From: Candidatus Electronema halotolerans
Lineage (GTDB): Bacteria; Desulfobacterota; Desulfobulbia; Desulfobulbales; Desulfobulbaceae
Length of the DNA: 32,000 nt
Reading direction: 5' to 3'
Assembly (NCBI GenBank): GCA_942493095.1
Contig: OW818675.1
Location: forward strand, 2,790,001 to 2,822,000
Shown here: positions 1-8,903 of the stretch, piece after piece
Layout: each line of letters begins with the position of its first letter
How positions within the stretch are numbered: position 1 is the stretch's first letter
The notes under the pieces: generated by a model
What the model saw: only the letters and a program-made list of their open reading frames with translations
Told to the model about the DNA's origin: nothing
Databases searched by the model: none
Translations under genes and position numbers: made by a program

Positions 1-1371
1 CATATCCAACGGCGAACAGGCAGGACGACGGAATTCATTCTTCATGAGGATGTCAGCATAGCTTTTAGATTGTTGACTGCGGTAGAGCTTGCCATACATC
101 TTATAAGCCAGAACCTCAAGCACGACTGCATTGGTGGTGCAGGTCGCCGTGCGTTCATAGCCGCCGTCTTTTTCCCGCCGTCCCTCAAACCAGCCCTTCT
201 CAGGGTCATGCAGCGGACTGACAAGCTGCATCAGCCCATCTGTATAGGATGTTTTCCATAAAGCCCACATCCCAAAGGCTGCGGAATTGGCCACCAAGGC
301 CAGATCAGGATGCAGCTCGCCTTCCGGGGTCAGCGTGTTCCACGCATAGCCGTCAGCAAAAATCGAGTTGTAGAGAAGATAAGGCGGCTTGCTGCGCCGG
401 TAATTTGTCCGGGCCGTGAAAATTCGCTCGTACTGGTAGCGTTTTTCCTGCACTTTGTAGATGCGCCAAGCCAAATCTGCCAAGGCGGCATTGCTGCTGT
501 AGGAATCAGGACTGAATTGGTCGTTCAAGGTGTCCCAGTTGAATTCCAAACCCAGCAAAAGATAAGGCAGGCTGACCAAGGGATCAGAGATGCCGGTCTT
601 GCGGCTGTCTTCTTTGCTGGCAGGCAGGTCTATATCATAAATGCTGACGACCGGAGGCTCTTTCCGGTGTGACATAGGAAAGCCCCACGTTTTGTAGCCC
701 ATGAGCGCATAGTCATAATAACCAAGCGGCTCTTTTGGGGATGCTGGCAGCGGATTTTTGCTGCTGTTGCGGTTTATTCCTGACAGTTCACCGCATTCAT
801 TGATCACTTTGCAGAAATTCCAGCGCAAGATGGCCTTGTCAATATATTCACTGTACTGCGGGGCATAATCGCTGAGAATTTGCAGCCAGATCAGCAGACG
901 GCCAATATCGACTGCCGACCAGCCATCATTGCTTTCCTGCTCTCCGTTCTTGGCATTATAAAACAGATTGGGCAGCTGGCCATAAGACAAGGGCATGTTG
1001 TTGAGGAATTCCAGCAACGGCGTGATGCGGTGATCAAATTCGTAGTTGTCAATCAGGCCGAGACGATGCGCCGACACAGTTGCCGCCACAGTATCAGCGA
1101 TATTCCATACATTGGCAGTGACGAAGCTGTCAACTCCATTCACCAGCCCTGTTTCAGCGTTATAATTATTGATAAAATACTGCCATGCAATTTTTGCCCA
1201 TTCCATCTCCTGCTCGGTCAGCTTGCCGTGCCGACCCTGCCAGAACATTTCTGAATCTGCCACCTCAGTCAGTCCTTTCTTTGTTTCACGCACGACAAGA
1301 CCGCAGCTTTGCAGAAAGAACAAAGCGGTGACTGCAATCAAGCTGAAGGAGAGAAAACGGGAGGACAGCAT
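1..1371 (-). CDS. DUF3131-like lipoprotein/secreted protein (3' end outside the window)
   Basis: Manual minus-strand translation from ATG at 1371 gives MLSSRFLSFSLIAVTALFFLQSCGLVV...TEQEMEWAKIAWQYFINNYNAETGLVNSVDSF...VWNIADTVAATVSAHRLGLIDNYEFDHRITPLLEFLNNMPL, open to the window edge. It is clearly paralogous to the ORFs at 1371-2855 and 3734-5062. Lipobox-like LQSC. Confidence 0.8.
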   Translation of the reverse strand, partial: MLSSRFLSFSLIAVTALFFLQSCGLVVRETKKGLTEVADSEMFWQGRHGKLTEQEMEWAKIAWQYFINNYNAETGLVNGVDSFVTANVWNIADTVAATVSAHRLGLIDNYEFDHRITPLLEFLNNMPLSYGQLPNLFYNAKNGEQESNDGWSAVDIGRLLIWLQILSDYAPQYSEYIDKAILRWNFCKVINECGELSGINRNSSKNPLPASPKEPLGYYDYALMGYKTWGFPMSHRKEPPVVSIYDIDLPASKEDSRKTGISDPLVSLPYLLLGLEFNWDTLNDQFSPDSYSSNAALADLAWRIYKVQEKRYQYERIFTARTNYRRSKPPYLLYNSIFADGYAWNTLTPEGELHPDLALVANSAAFGMWALWKTSYTDGLMQLVSPLHDPEKGWFEGRREKDGGYERTATCTTNAVVLEVLAYKMYGKLYRSQQSKSYADILMKNEFRRPACSPLDM

Positions 1372-2855
1372 CACGTATGCTCACGCAGGCATTGAGCGCG
1401 ATCGCGGGCCTCCGGCGGGCACTCGTCCATGGTTTTGTCCCAGCGGGACGGCTGCGGCGACTGATTGAAGCGCAGTATTTTGCCCTGCGCTTTATAGAGC
1501 AGGCATTCTAAAATGATGCCATTATTGTTGGCAGTGAAGATATTGATGTTGCCCGATCCATTTTCATACAGCCCCTCATAAAAACCTTTTTCAGGATCAT
1601 ACAGATGGCCGACCGCATCAAGCAGCGTCTGCGAGTAGGGCATGTCCCAGACAGCCCAAATGCCGAATGCACCCTTCAGTGCCACGGCAGCGAACTGCGG
1701 CATGAGCTTTCCATCAGGGTCCATAGTGTTCCAAGGGTACCCATCGCTATAAATGGTGTCATAGACAAAGTACGGGGGCTGATCAAGCTGATGCTCGGTG
1801 CGGGCGGTGAGAATGCCGGTGTCCTTGTAACGTGCCTCCTGCACAGCAAAAATCCGCTTGGCAAAGTTTGCCAAGACCTGATCGGTGTGAACTTCTTGAG
1901 AGCTGCTGCGGTCAGATGACAAATCCCAACCCAGTTCAATGGCATCAAGCACATAACTTTCTGTGACGACATAATTATGAGCCACCAAGGTGCGCGGGTC
2001 GCGACTGTCGTAAGGAACTTCTATGTCATAAATGGGAATGGTCTGATACGGCTCCAGTTTTGAAGCCCGTTCCGTGTCAAATCCCCAAAGCTGGAAGCCC
2101 TTGGCTGCATATTCTTCATAACCGAGACGGCCTTCTTGCAGATAAAGAATTTTTCCATCTTTGAGCATGGCAGAGAACATAGTGCCAGTGTCATCAATCA
2201 TATTGGAAAAATTCCATTTCAGGATAAAATTGTCAATTGCAGCGGCATGAATGGGGTACCGTTCCTTGACAATTTTAAACCAGATCAGCATCCGGCCCAT
2301 GTCAACTGCGGAATAGCCAACCTCGCCGGGCTGATTGCTGTAATCAACTTTCGCGCCTGTCTGGGTGTGATAAACTTTGTTGGGAAGTTCGTTGTTGAAG
2401 AATTCAAGGCGGTTGAGCATGCCAATCAGCTTGGTCATGCGCATGTTGAATTCGTGCTTTTCAATCACCCCCAATTCATAGGCTGAAACTAAGCCGCCTA
2501 TGTAGGAGGCGGTATCCCACATAGTGGTTGATGGATATTGGTCAACCGCATTGCACATGCCGTTGTCCTGGGTATTCTTCTCAAAGAATTTCCAAGCAAT
2601 CTTTGCCAATTCAAATTCTTCTTCAGTCAGCGGCGCAGGAGTCCGCTCACGGATGCCTGCCAGCTTGGAAGAGACGGACGCGCTTTTGCCGCTGTTTTTT
2701 CCGCCTTCGTCAGAAAGTTTCACAGGCGCAAAGGGACTGTTATTGCCGGTGCAGGCGGAAAAAAACAGGAACACGCTGCAAGACAGGAGCAGAAAATTTT
2801 TTCGGCGCATGACAATTGAATGACAGAGGGAAAGATAATTCGCCCGGCAGCGCAA
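1371..2855 (-). CDS. DUF3131 domain-containing protein, probable lipoprotein
   Basis: 494-aa ORF; N-terminus SCSVFLFFSACTGN (lipoprotein-like); LAKIAWKFFEKNTQDNGMCNAVDQYPSTTMWDTASYIGGLVSAYELGVI shared with neighbouring paralogues; ends in ANNNGIILECLLYKAQGK. Confidence 0.85.
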   Translation of the reverse strand: MRCRANYLSLCHSIVMRRKNFLLLSCSVFLFFSACTGNNSPFAPVKLSDEGGKNSGKSASVSSKLAGIRERTPAPLTEEEFELAKIAWKFFEKNTQDNGMCNAVDQYPSTTMWDTASYIGGLVSAYELGVIEKHEFNMRMTKLIGMLNRLEFFNNELPNKVYHTQTGAKVDYSNQPGEVGYSAVDMGRMLIWFKIVKERYPIHAAAIDNFILKWNFSNMIDDTGTMFSAMLKDGKILYLQEGRLGYEEYAAKGFQLWGFDTERASKLEPYQTIPIYDIEVPYDSRDPRTLVAHNYVVTESYVLDAIELGWDLSSDRSSSQEVHTDQVLANFAKRIFAVQEARYKDTGILTARTEHQLDQPPYFVYDTIYSDGYPWNTMDPDGKLMPQFAAVALKGAFGIWAVWDMPYSQTLLDAVGHLYDPEKGFYEGLYENGSGNINIFTANNNGIILECLLYKAQGKILRFNQSPQPSRWDKTMDECPPEARDRAQCLREHT

Positions 2856-2884
2856 AAAATGGGCGAGATACGAAGTGAAAGAAA

Positions 2885-3691
2885 CTATTCCTTATTTTCA
2901 CTGTCCTTGGTTTGATTTTCAGATGCGGAGACCGGAAACAGTGCGCCGTTCTTCTTGGCATACTCAATCAGCTTGATGTCCATTTCAGATTCTCTGACAT
3001 AGGAATCCTGCAAATTCGCATCTTCCAAATCTGCTTTGAGAAAGTTCACTCCGCCGAACTTGGCCTTGCTTAAATTGGCTTTTTTCAGCACCGCCTTGTT
3101 CAGGTTGACGGCCTGCAAGCGTGCTCCCTCCAGATTGCATGACTGCATCTTTGCCTCGACGAAATTTGACTGTTCAACAGATGCTTCCCGCAGATCAGCC
3201 TGCAAAAACATTGCTCGTAAAAAATTTACGGCTGAGGCATGAAGACCGAACAAGTTTGCGCCTGAGAAATCTGTGGAGGAAAAGTCTGACTGAGAAAAAG
3301 ATGCCTTTTTCGCCGAAGCGTTCTGAAAGTCAGCATCCTGCAAATGCGATTGAAAGATATGACTGTTGTTCAGATTGGCATCCTTGAAATTAGCATCTTT
3401 GCAATTCGCTTGAATAATTGAAACATACTCCAAGTTGGCTGACTGCAGATCAGCATCTTGCAGGCTTGACTGAAAGATATAGGCATCTTTCAGGTTTGCT
3501 CCGGTCAAGTCGGCATCCTGCAAATCAAGTCGTTCCAAGTTTGCGCCAGAAAGATCGCATTTTCTGCATTGCTTGCTTGCCAGCAGTTTGTCAAGATCGG
3601 CCTGATTGAAGGCTTGTGCTGAAAAGGAAAAAAGAGATTCAGCTGCAAGCAGCAAACTGATTGATAATATTGTTTTTTTCATAATGATCAA
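2885..3691 (-). CDS. Secreted pentapeptide-repeat protein
   Basis: Signal-peptide-like N-terminus, then about 35 tandem A(D/N)Lxx-type pentapeptides (CDLSGANLERLDLQDADLTGANLKDAYIFQSSLQDADLQSANLE...). Confidence 0.9.
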   Translation of the reverse strand: MIIMKKTILSISLLLAAESLFSFSAQAFNQADLDKLLASKQCRKCDLSGANLERLDLQDADLTGANLKDAYIFQSSLQDADLQSANLEYVSIIQANCKDANFKDANLNNSHIFQSHLQDADFQNASAKKASFSQSDFSSTDFSGANLFGLHASAVNFLRAMFLQADLREASVEQSNFVEAKMQSCNLEGARLQAVNLNKAVLKKANLSKAKFGGVNFLKADLEDANLQDSYVRESEMDIKLIEYAKKNGALFPVSASENQTKDSENKE

Positions 3692-3733
3692 TGAGTTGAT
3701 TTAATACGAAACAATGAATTGAAGCAGAGCCGC

Positions 3734-5062
3734 TTACTTGACTCCGCTGTTTAAGCTGGTCAGTCTGCCAAACTGCATGGCGGCCAGACTTTCCAAGACA
3801 ATTCCGTTGGTGTTGGCGGTCAGCACCTGATTCGGCTTGCCATTTTTTTCGTAAATGCCAGCATACCAGCCGCGTTCCGGGTCATTCAGGTTCTTAACAT
3901 TATCTAAGAGCAGCTTGGTGTAATCTGTGCGGTAGAGCGCATGCCAGCCAAAGGCCGCTTTGGTGCTCAGGGTTTTGAACGGTTCGGCATCTTTGCCGTC
4001 ATCTGTGACAGCCTTCCAGAACTGGCCATTGACAAAGACTGTGTTGTAAACAAAATAAGGGGCCTGATCAATATGATCCTCACTCACAGCTGTGGGAATG
4101 CCGGTGGCCTTGTGCTGCTCCTCCTGCACGCGATACACGCGCCAGGCAAATTCACCCATCACCCGCCCGCCGCCGAATTCAAGTCCGTCAAGAATATACG
4201 GCTCGCTGACCACATAGTTGAGCGCATCAAAGGTTTTGGCGTCACGGCGGTCCGCAGGCACATCAATATGATGCTGCCGATGAAACTCCAAATAGGCTTC
4301 CGCGTTCTCAGCAATGCTGACATCCAAGCCCAGCAGAGCTGCGGCCCGGGCCGCATACTGCTCATAGCCCAGCCGCCCTTCCTGCACCTGCTCAGTCTGG
4401 CCGTTTCTGACCACAGCTCCTATGAGCTGCCCGTTTTTCACCAAGGCGGACCATTGCCAACGCTGGAGAAGTTTCCGCACCTCCACTGCGTGTTCTGGAT
4501 AATTCCAGACAATAATATGGAGCGGCACCAGCAGCCGGGCAAGATCAATGGCTGACCAGCCAATGCCTTCCGGGCTGGGGTTGTTGGCGTAATCCGTCAT
4601 GGCCAGCGTCTGGGTATTGTACGACTTGTTGGGCAGTTGATCAGCAAAGAGCGGCAGGCGGTCAAGACTAAGCAGAGCCTGCGACAGCCGGTCATCAAAG
4701 GTATGATGGGCTATGATCTCCAAGCGGTAGGCACTGATCAAGGCCATCATATATGAGGCAGTATCCCACAATGTGGTGGCTGGATAATCCTGCACCGAAT
4801 TGACCAGACCAGTTTCCTGCTGCCAGTTGTTTTCAAAATATTGCCAAGCAATCTTCGCCCATTCGCGCTCTTCGCTGTTCAGGGGTGCAGGCTGCGGCAC
4901 GGGAATGTCATCATGATAGGCTGATGCGGCAATTTTGCTGACCGTGAAGTCAACATCCCACAATTCCAAAGTGATCACCAGTCCGCTGGCTAAAATTAAG
5001 CCAATAATCATGGCAAGGTAACTGCGGGCCTGAAGCAGCCCCTGTTTGAATGAAATGCTCAT
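3734..5062 (-). CDS. DUF3131 domain-containing protein with N-terminal TM segment
   Basis: Start ATG at 5062 (MSISFKQGLLQARSYLAMIIGLILASGLVITL...), overlapping the stop of the upstream GT2 gene (ATGA). The track ORF's extra 43 aa (to 5191) lie inside the GT2 gene. Core EWAKIAWQYFENNWQQETGLVNSVQDYPATTLWDTASYMMALISAYRLEII. Confidence 0.85.
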   Translation of the reverse strand: MSISFKQGLLQARSYLAMIIGLILASGLVITLELWDVDFTVSKIAASAYHDDIPVPQPAPLNSEEREWAKIAWQYFENNWQQETGLVNSVQDYPATTLWDTASYMMALISAYRLEIIAHHTFDDRLSQALLSLDRLPLFADQLPNKSYNTQTLAMTDYANNPSPEGIGWSAIDLARLLVPLHIIVWNYPEHAVEVRKLLQRWQWSALVKNGQLIGAVVRNGQTEQVQEGRLGYEQYAARAAALLGLDVSIAENAEAYLEFHRQHHIDVPADRRDAKTFDALNYVVSEPYILDGLEFGGGRVMGEFAWRVYRVQEEQHKATGIPTAVSEDHIDQAPYFVYNTVFVNGQFWKAVTDDGKDAEPFKTLSTKAAFGWHALYRTDYTKLLLDNVKNLNDPERGWYAGIYEKNGKPNQVLTANTNGIVLESLAAMQFGRLTSLNSGVK

Positions 5063-6897
5063 ACCTGTGGTTTCCAAAACGCGGCCAGAATCAGCCTGCT
5101 GAGAGCGATGATATTGTATGTGCCCCAGAAGGTGTTGATGATCACACCGCCGCAGGTGTGCGGCCCTGCGCCGCTGAGAAGCATGCTCCACGCATAGATC
5201 ATGCCGGTCAACGTCAGCAAGGATATGGTGAACTGCGGCAAGACCAAATAAAAGAAATTGCCTTCCTGCCGCTCCTTGGGCGTGACCGGGAATTTAATTC
5301 TTTCGCCTTTGATCACGGTCAGCAGAGCACGCAAATTTACCGAAAAGAAAGCAAGGTACAATGCTTTGCCCGGAAAGCCGTTCAAACCCCAAGTGCCTGT
5401 CATAAAGGCTAATTCTGTAAGCAGCAGAAAGGGCAGGATGTGTTTGAAAAAGTCCGGGGTGTAGGCGGAGACCGGTGAAATGCCGCTGAACAGATAGACG
5501 ATCGGGCCAAGCAGGAAAATCAGGTTCCATATTCCGCCGAGATAGGACCAGAGCGTGGCCCCGTACATCAGCCGCTGGCGCAAGGAAAGGCCGCGCCGGA
5601 AGAGCATCCGGTCCCGCAGCATGATGTCCAAGGTGCCGCCCGCATATTTGAACCGCTGCACCATCCAGCTTTGCAGGTCCTGCGGCGAGAGCATCTTGCT
5701 TTCCACTTCAGGATGCTGCACAGACTTCCAGTGTCGATCCGCATCGCTATGGAGAATGATCGAGGTGTAAATATCTTCAGACACGTGAAATTTATACGGA
5801 GTGAGCGGGATAATTCTTGCTGTATCCAGTCGCTGCGCATATTTCTCCGCAGTTTCTGGATTCAGGTTCTGCTTTACAAAGAACCGCTTAATTTTTTGGT
5901 TCAGTCTCTGCTCCAGCTTGTGCGTATTGTTGACAGTGTCCGAATAGTTTTTCAGTGCCGCCTCCATGACCGCATCCCGGCGATGGATGGAGCCTGCGCC
6001 GCAGCAGAACGCCGCGTTGACCCAGTTGCGCCGCCTCAGAATCACATCATAGAACATCTTGGGATCATTGGTCAAGGGATCATGGCCAATCTGCACCGGC
6101 CCGACCAAGCGTTCAATGCCCCGCGCCAGCCAGCGGCCCAAAGTGCTTTGCCAGACCGAAGACAATGGGCGGCCTTCCGGCAGGTCGTAAAACCATTGCG
6201 GAGTCTGCACCCACGCCACATCAGGATCACGAAAATAACCGAGCGTGTGCTCCAGCAAAGTGGGAAAAGGCCGGGTGTCCGCATCGCAGATGACTATAAG
6301 ATCACCGCTGGTCTGTTCCATTGCATGAGCAAGATTGCCAGCTTTGAAGCCAATGCTGCTGTCGCGGACAATATACTCAACCCCTTCCTCCTCAGCCACC
6401 TGCCGCATGGCTGGCCGACGGCCATCGTCCAGCACATGAATTTTCATTGTCAGCGGAAACGGATAGCTCATCAGCTTGGCATCTTGGATGCTCAGACGGA
6501 CCAGTTCCACATCCTCATTGACCGTGGGAAAGAATATATCCACCTTCAGAGGACGGTCTGGATAATGATCTGGCTGGGCCACACATTCCTTGATGGAATG
6601 TGGCGGTCTGCGACGGGGCGTGTCCTGCACCTTCCAGAGATTGATGGTGAACAGTGCCAGACCGATATAGGCGCAGGTTTCCGCTGCGGCCAATGGGATG
6701 GAAAACCACCACAGCGAGAACCATGTGCCGCTGCTGGCATAATCAATGGAGTAGCACCAGCGCCAGCTAATATACCACGCGCCGACCGCAAGATTCAGGC
6801 TGGCCAGCAGCTGCCAGAGAAATTCGGCAACCGGCTGGACCGGCAGCGGCGGCGGCGGCTGGCGGCTTTCAAATCTGCTGAAATAAAACTCAGGCAT
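5059..6897 (-). CDS. Cellulose-synthase-like membrane glycosyltransferase, GT2 family
   Basis: 612 aa; multiple TM segments; HVLDDGRRP, VICDADTRPFP, FCCGAGSIHRRDA, VSEDIYTSI and QRFKYAGG match the D, DxD, ED, Q(Q/R)xRW-type positions of processive GT2 enzymes. Confidence 0.88.
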   Translation of the reverse strand: MPEFYFSRFESRQPPPPLPVQPVAEFLWQLLASLNLAVGAWYISWRWCYSIDYASSGTWFSLWWFSIPLAAAETCAYIGLALFTINLWKVQDTPRRRPPHSIKECVAQPDHYPDRPLKVDIFFPTVNEDVELVRLSIQDAKLMSYPFPLTMKIHVLDDGRRPAMRQVAEEEGVEYIVRDSSIGFKAGNLAHAMEQTSGDLIVICDADTRPFPTLLEHTLGYFRDPDVAWVQTPQWFYDLPEGRPLSSVWQSTLGRWLARGIERLVGPVQIGHDPLTNDPKMFYDVILRRRNWVNAAFCCGAGSIHRRDAVMEAALKNYSDTVNNTHKLEQRLNQKIKRFFVKQNLNPETAEKYAQRLDTARIIPLTPYKFHVSEDIYTSIILHSDADRHWKSVQHPEVESKMLSPQDLQSWMVQRFKYAGGTLDIMLRDRMLFRRGLSLRQRLMYGATLWSYLGGIWNLIFLLGPIVYLFSGISPVSAYTPDFFKHILPFLLLTELAFMTGTWGLNGFPGKALYLAFFSVNLRALLTVIKGERIKFPVTPKERQEGNFFYLVLPQFTISLLTLTGMIYAWSMLLSGAGPHTCGGVIINTFWGTYNIIALSRLILAAFWKPQV

Positions 6898-6906
6898 CTT
6901 CAGGAT

Positions 6907-7965
6907 TCAGCATATCTGGCGGAGATAGGAATTTTTTCTCATCACAGCAATGCCGCAATAAGAAAGAGCAAATGTTGCCAAAGAAATGGCCGGGATATGC
7001 GCATAGCCGGGCAGGTTGAATCTGTAAAACACAGATGAGAGTAAATCCAGCACCATTGGGTGGAGCAGATAAATGCCAAAAGAATTTGCAGAGACTGCGG
7101 CAATCAAGGCAATGCCTTTTGCAGGCGCAGATTTTTTGAAAAAAAGAAAAACTGCCATAGACAAAACAAAAGAAATGATTCCTTTGTCGTTCAAAACAAG
7201 ATAGTCTTTGACGATCTGATATTTTTCAATAAGGAAAAAATTTGTGCCTGCGCCGAGCAGGACTGTCAGAACAATCAGCAGGGCAAGGAGGATTCTTTTG
7301 ACAGACAAGGACTCTCCATATTTATCAAAATAATATCCGGCAATGAAGTAGATGATATACCACTGAAAGAGCAAATGCCAGTACATGAAGATGCCGCTTG
7401 TTTCTCTGGCCAGATCAGCAATGGTGTTCAAAAGAAAAAACAAGGCTGCTGCACTGAGAAAAACAGCGAGATCAGTCTGCGACGGTTTTTCGCCGAGCAC
7501 GAAACTGTTGATGAAGGGCACAAAGAGCATCAGGCAGGCAAACATGGACAAATACCAGAGATGCACATACGCGCTTCCTTCTGACCAGAAATCGACAGTC
7601 AGGAAACGGACCAGTTCTTCCTGTCCCATGCCTTTATATATCCTGAACAACAGATAAAAAATGGACCAGAAAAGAATCGGCGGCACTAACCTGACTGCCC
7701 GTTTGCGGTAAAAATCACCTACAGTCATCTGTCTGCCCAGTAGCACCGCTCCTGATATCATGACAAAGACCGGCACGGCGAAACGCGAGCCCGCATTGAG
7801 CAGATTGGCTGTCCACCAGCTTATCGGATCAATTTCGCTGATTCTGCCATACCATGCTGCGGTTGAATGAATAAAGATGACCGCAACAGTTGCCGCAGCC
7901 CGCAGATAATCAATATATATTTTTCTTGTTTTGCCGCTCATTTTTTTTGCTGTCACCAGTGCCAA
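6907..7965 (-). CDS. Acyltransferase 3 family membrane protein
   Basis: KTRKIYIDYLRAAATVAVIFIHSTAAWYG near the N-terminus, about 10 TM segments, typical acyltransferase-3 layout. Confidence 0.88.
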   Translation of the reverse strand: MALVTAKKMSGKTRKIYIDYLRAAATVAVIFIHSTAAWYGRISEIDPISWWTANLLNAGSRFAVPVFVMISGAVLLGRQMTVGDFYRKRAVRLVPPILFWSIFYLLFRIYKGMGQEELVRFLTVDFWSEGSAYVHLWYLSMFACLMLFVPFINSFVLGEKPSQTDLAVFLSAAALFFLLNTIADLARETSGIFMYWHLLFQWYIIYFIAGYYFDKYGESLSVKRILLALLIVLTVLLGAGTNFFLIEKYQIVKDYLVLNDKGIISFVLSMAVFLFFKKSAPAKGIALIAAVSANSFGIYLLHPMVLDLLSSVFYRFNLPGYAHIPAISLATFALSYCGIAVMRKNSYLRQIC

Positions 7966-8807
7966 GTGATGCCGATGCCGCCTTCGGCAAAGCCGCCGTC
8001 ATAGGGCATGTCGTCATGCCACGGAAAACGGTTTCCCCGATAATTTTTATACGCTATCGTGAACGATTCATTGCGATAGCCTAACTCAAAGGTGTAGTCA
8101 GGACTCCAAGGTTGCTGCTGACTGCTGTCCAGATAATAAAACAGATTGAAGCTGAGATACCAGCCCTCATAGATCGGCGCGTCAAAACTGAGGCTCAGGC
8201 GGGTCTGATCTCGCTGGAGCTGTCCGTCTTGATCAACATACTTGGGTGCATGCAAAATGCTTGCCTTGCAGCCAATCGTTTTGTCTGTTTCTATCAGAAA
8301 AGGTCGCGCCAATTCACCGGACAAAGGCAGATTCCATGTCAGGGTGTAAGTTCCCTGATCATATTTTTCCACAATGTCGCTGCTGGAGCGGTTGCCTGAG
8401 TAATTGCTGTACACCAAGCTCAAGGCATAAGGCCGCCAGTCTTCACAGCCGAAGCGATAGACAAAATCAGGGTCCCACGGCTTGCGTTCGCTTCTCTCCA
8501 AGTAATGAAAAAAATTAGCTTCCGCAAACCAGAAACCCAATGGCGTGAATTTAACGGTCGCATTGGCAATCGGCGTGTAGCTGCTTTTATCGTTTTTGGC
8601 GGCGGTCAGTCCGGCATCAATTTTCCACGGATTGGCAAGCTGCTCCAGCAGGCCTTTGTCCTGAACATCCTCCAGCCATTCGCCGACCGGGAGGGTAAAT
8701 GATTCTTCCAAACCCTTCCAGACATCATCCCATGTTTCTTCCGCCTCCACGTTTCCGGCCAGCAGCAAAAGACATGCTGCACTGACAAAAATTGTGGAAT
8801 GGGTCAC
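7953..8807 (-). CDS. Exported outer-membrane beta-barrel-like protein, function unknown
   Basis: Signal peptide (MTHSTIFVSAACLLLLAGNVEAEE) followed by alternating aromatic amphipathic strands ending GGIGITWHW; no named family recognised. Confidence 0.65.
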   Translation of the reverse strand: MTHSTIFVSAACLLLLAGNVEAEETWDDVWKGLEESFTLPVGEWLEDVQDKGLLEQLANPWKIDAGLTAAKNDKSSYTPIANATVKFTPLGFWFAEANFFHYLERSERKPWDPDFVYRFGCEDWRPYALSLVYSNYSGNRSSSDIVEKYDQGTYTLTWNLPLSGELARPFLIETDKTIGCKASILHAPKYVDQDGQLQRDQTRLSLSFDAPIYEGWYLSFNLFYYLDSSQQQPWSPDYTFELGYRNESFTIAYKNYRGNRFPWHDDMPYDGGFAEGGIGITWHW

Positions 8808-8903
8808 GTCCTGAAACTCCTGCTGAATGAACTTTAAAAAGAGTATAGAGGCTGGCCTGATGATTTTGCAAGAAATTTTTTGCCATTTGTTGTTGACGCA
8901 GCA

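Noticed and set aside
1169-1468. Plus-strand ORF across the junction of the first two DUF3131 genes
   Set aside because: Antisense to two overlapping DUF3131 genes; no motif.
2885-3691. Repeat array of 15-bp units
   Set aside because: Explained by the pentapeptide-repeat protein coding sequence.
5671-7038. 455-aa plus-strand ORF
   Set aside because: Antisense to the strongly supported GT2 gene, continues over its start, compositionally odd, no recognisable motif; a high-GC shadow ORF.
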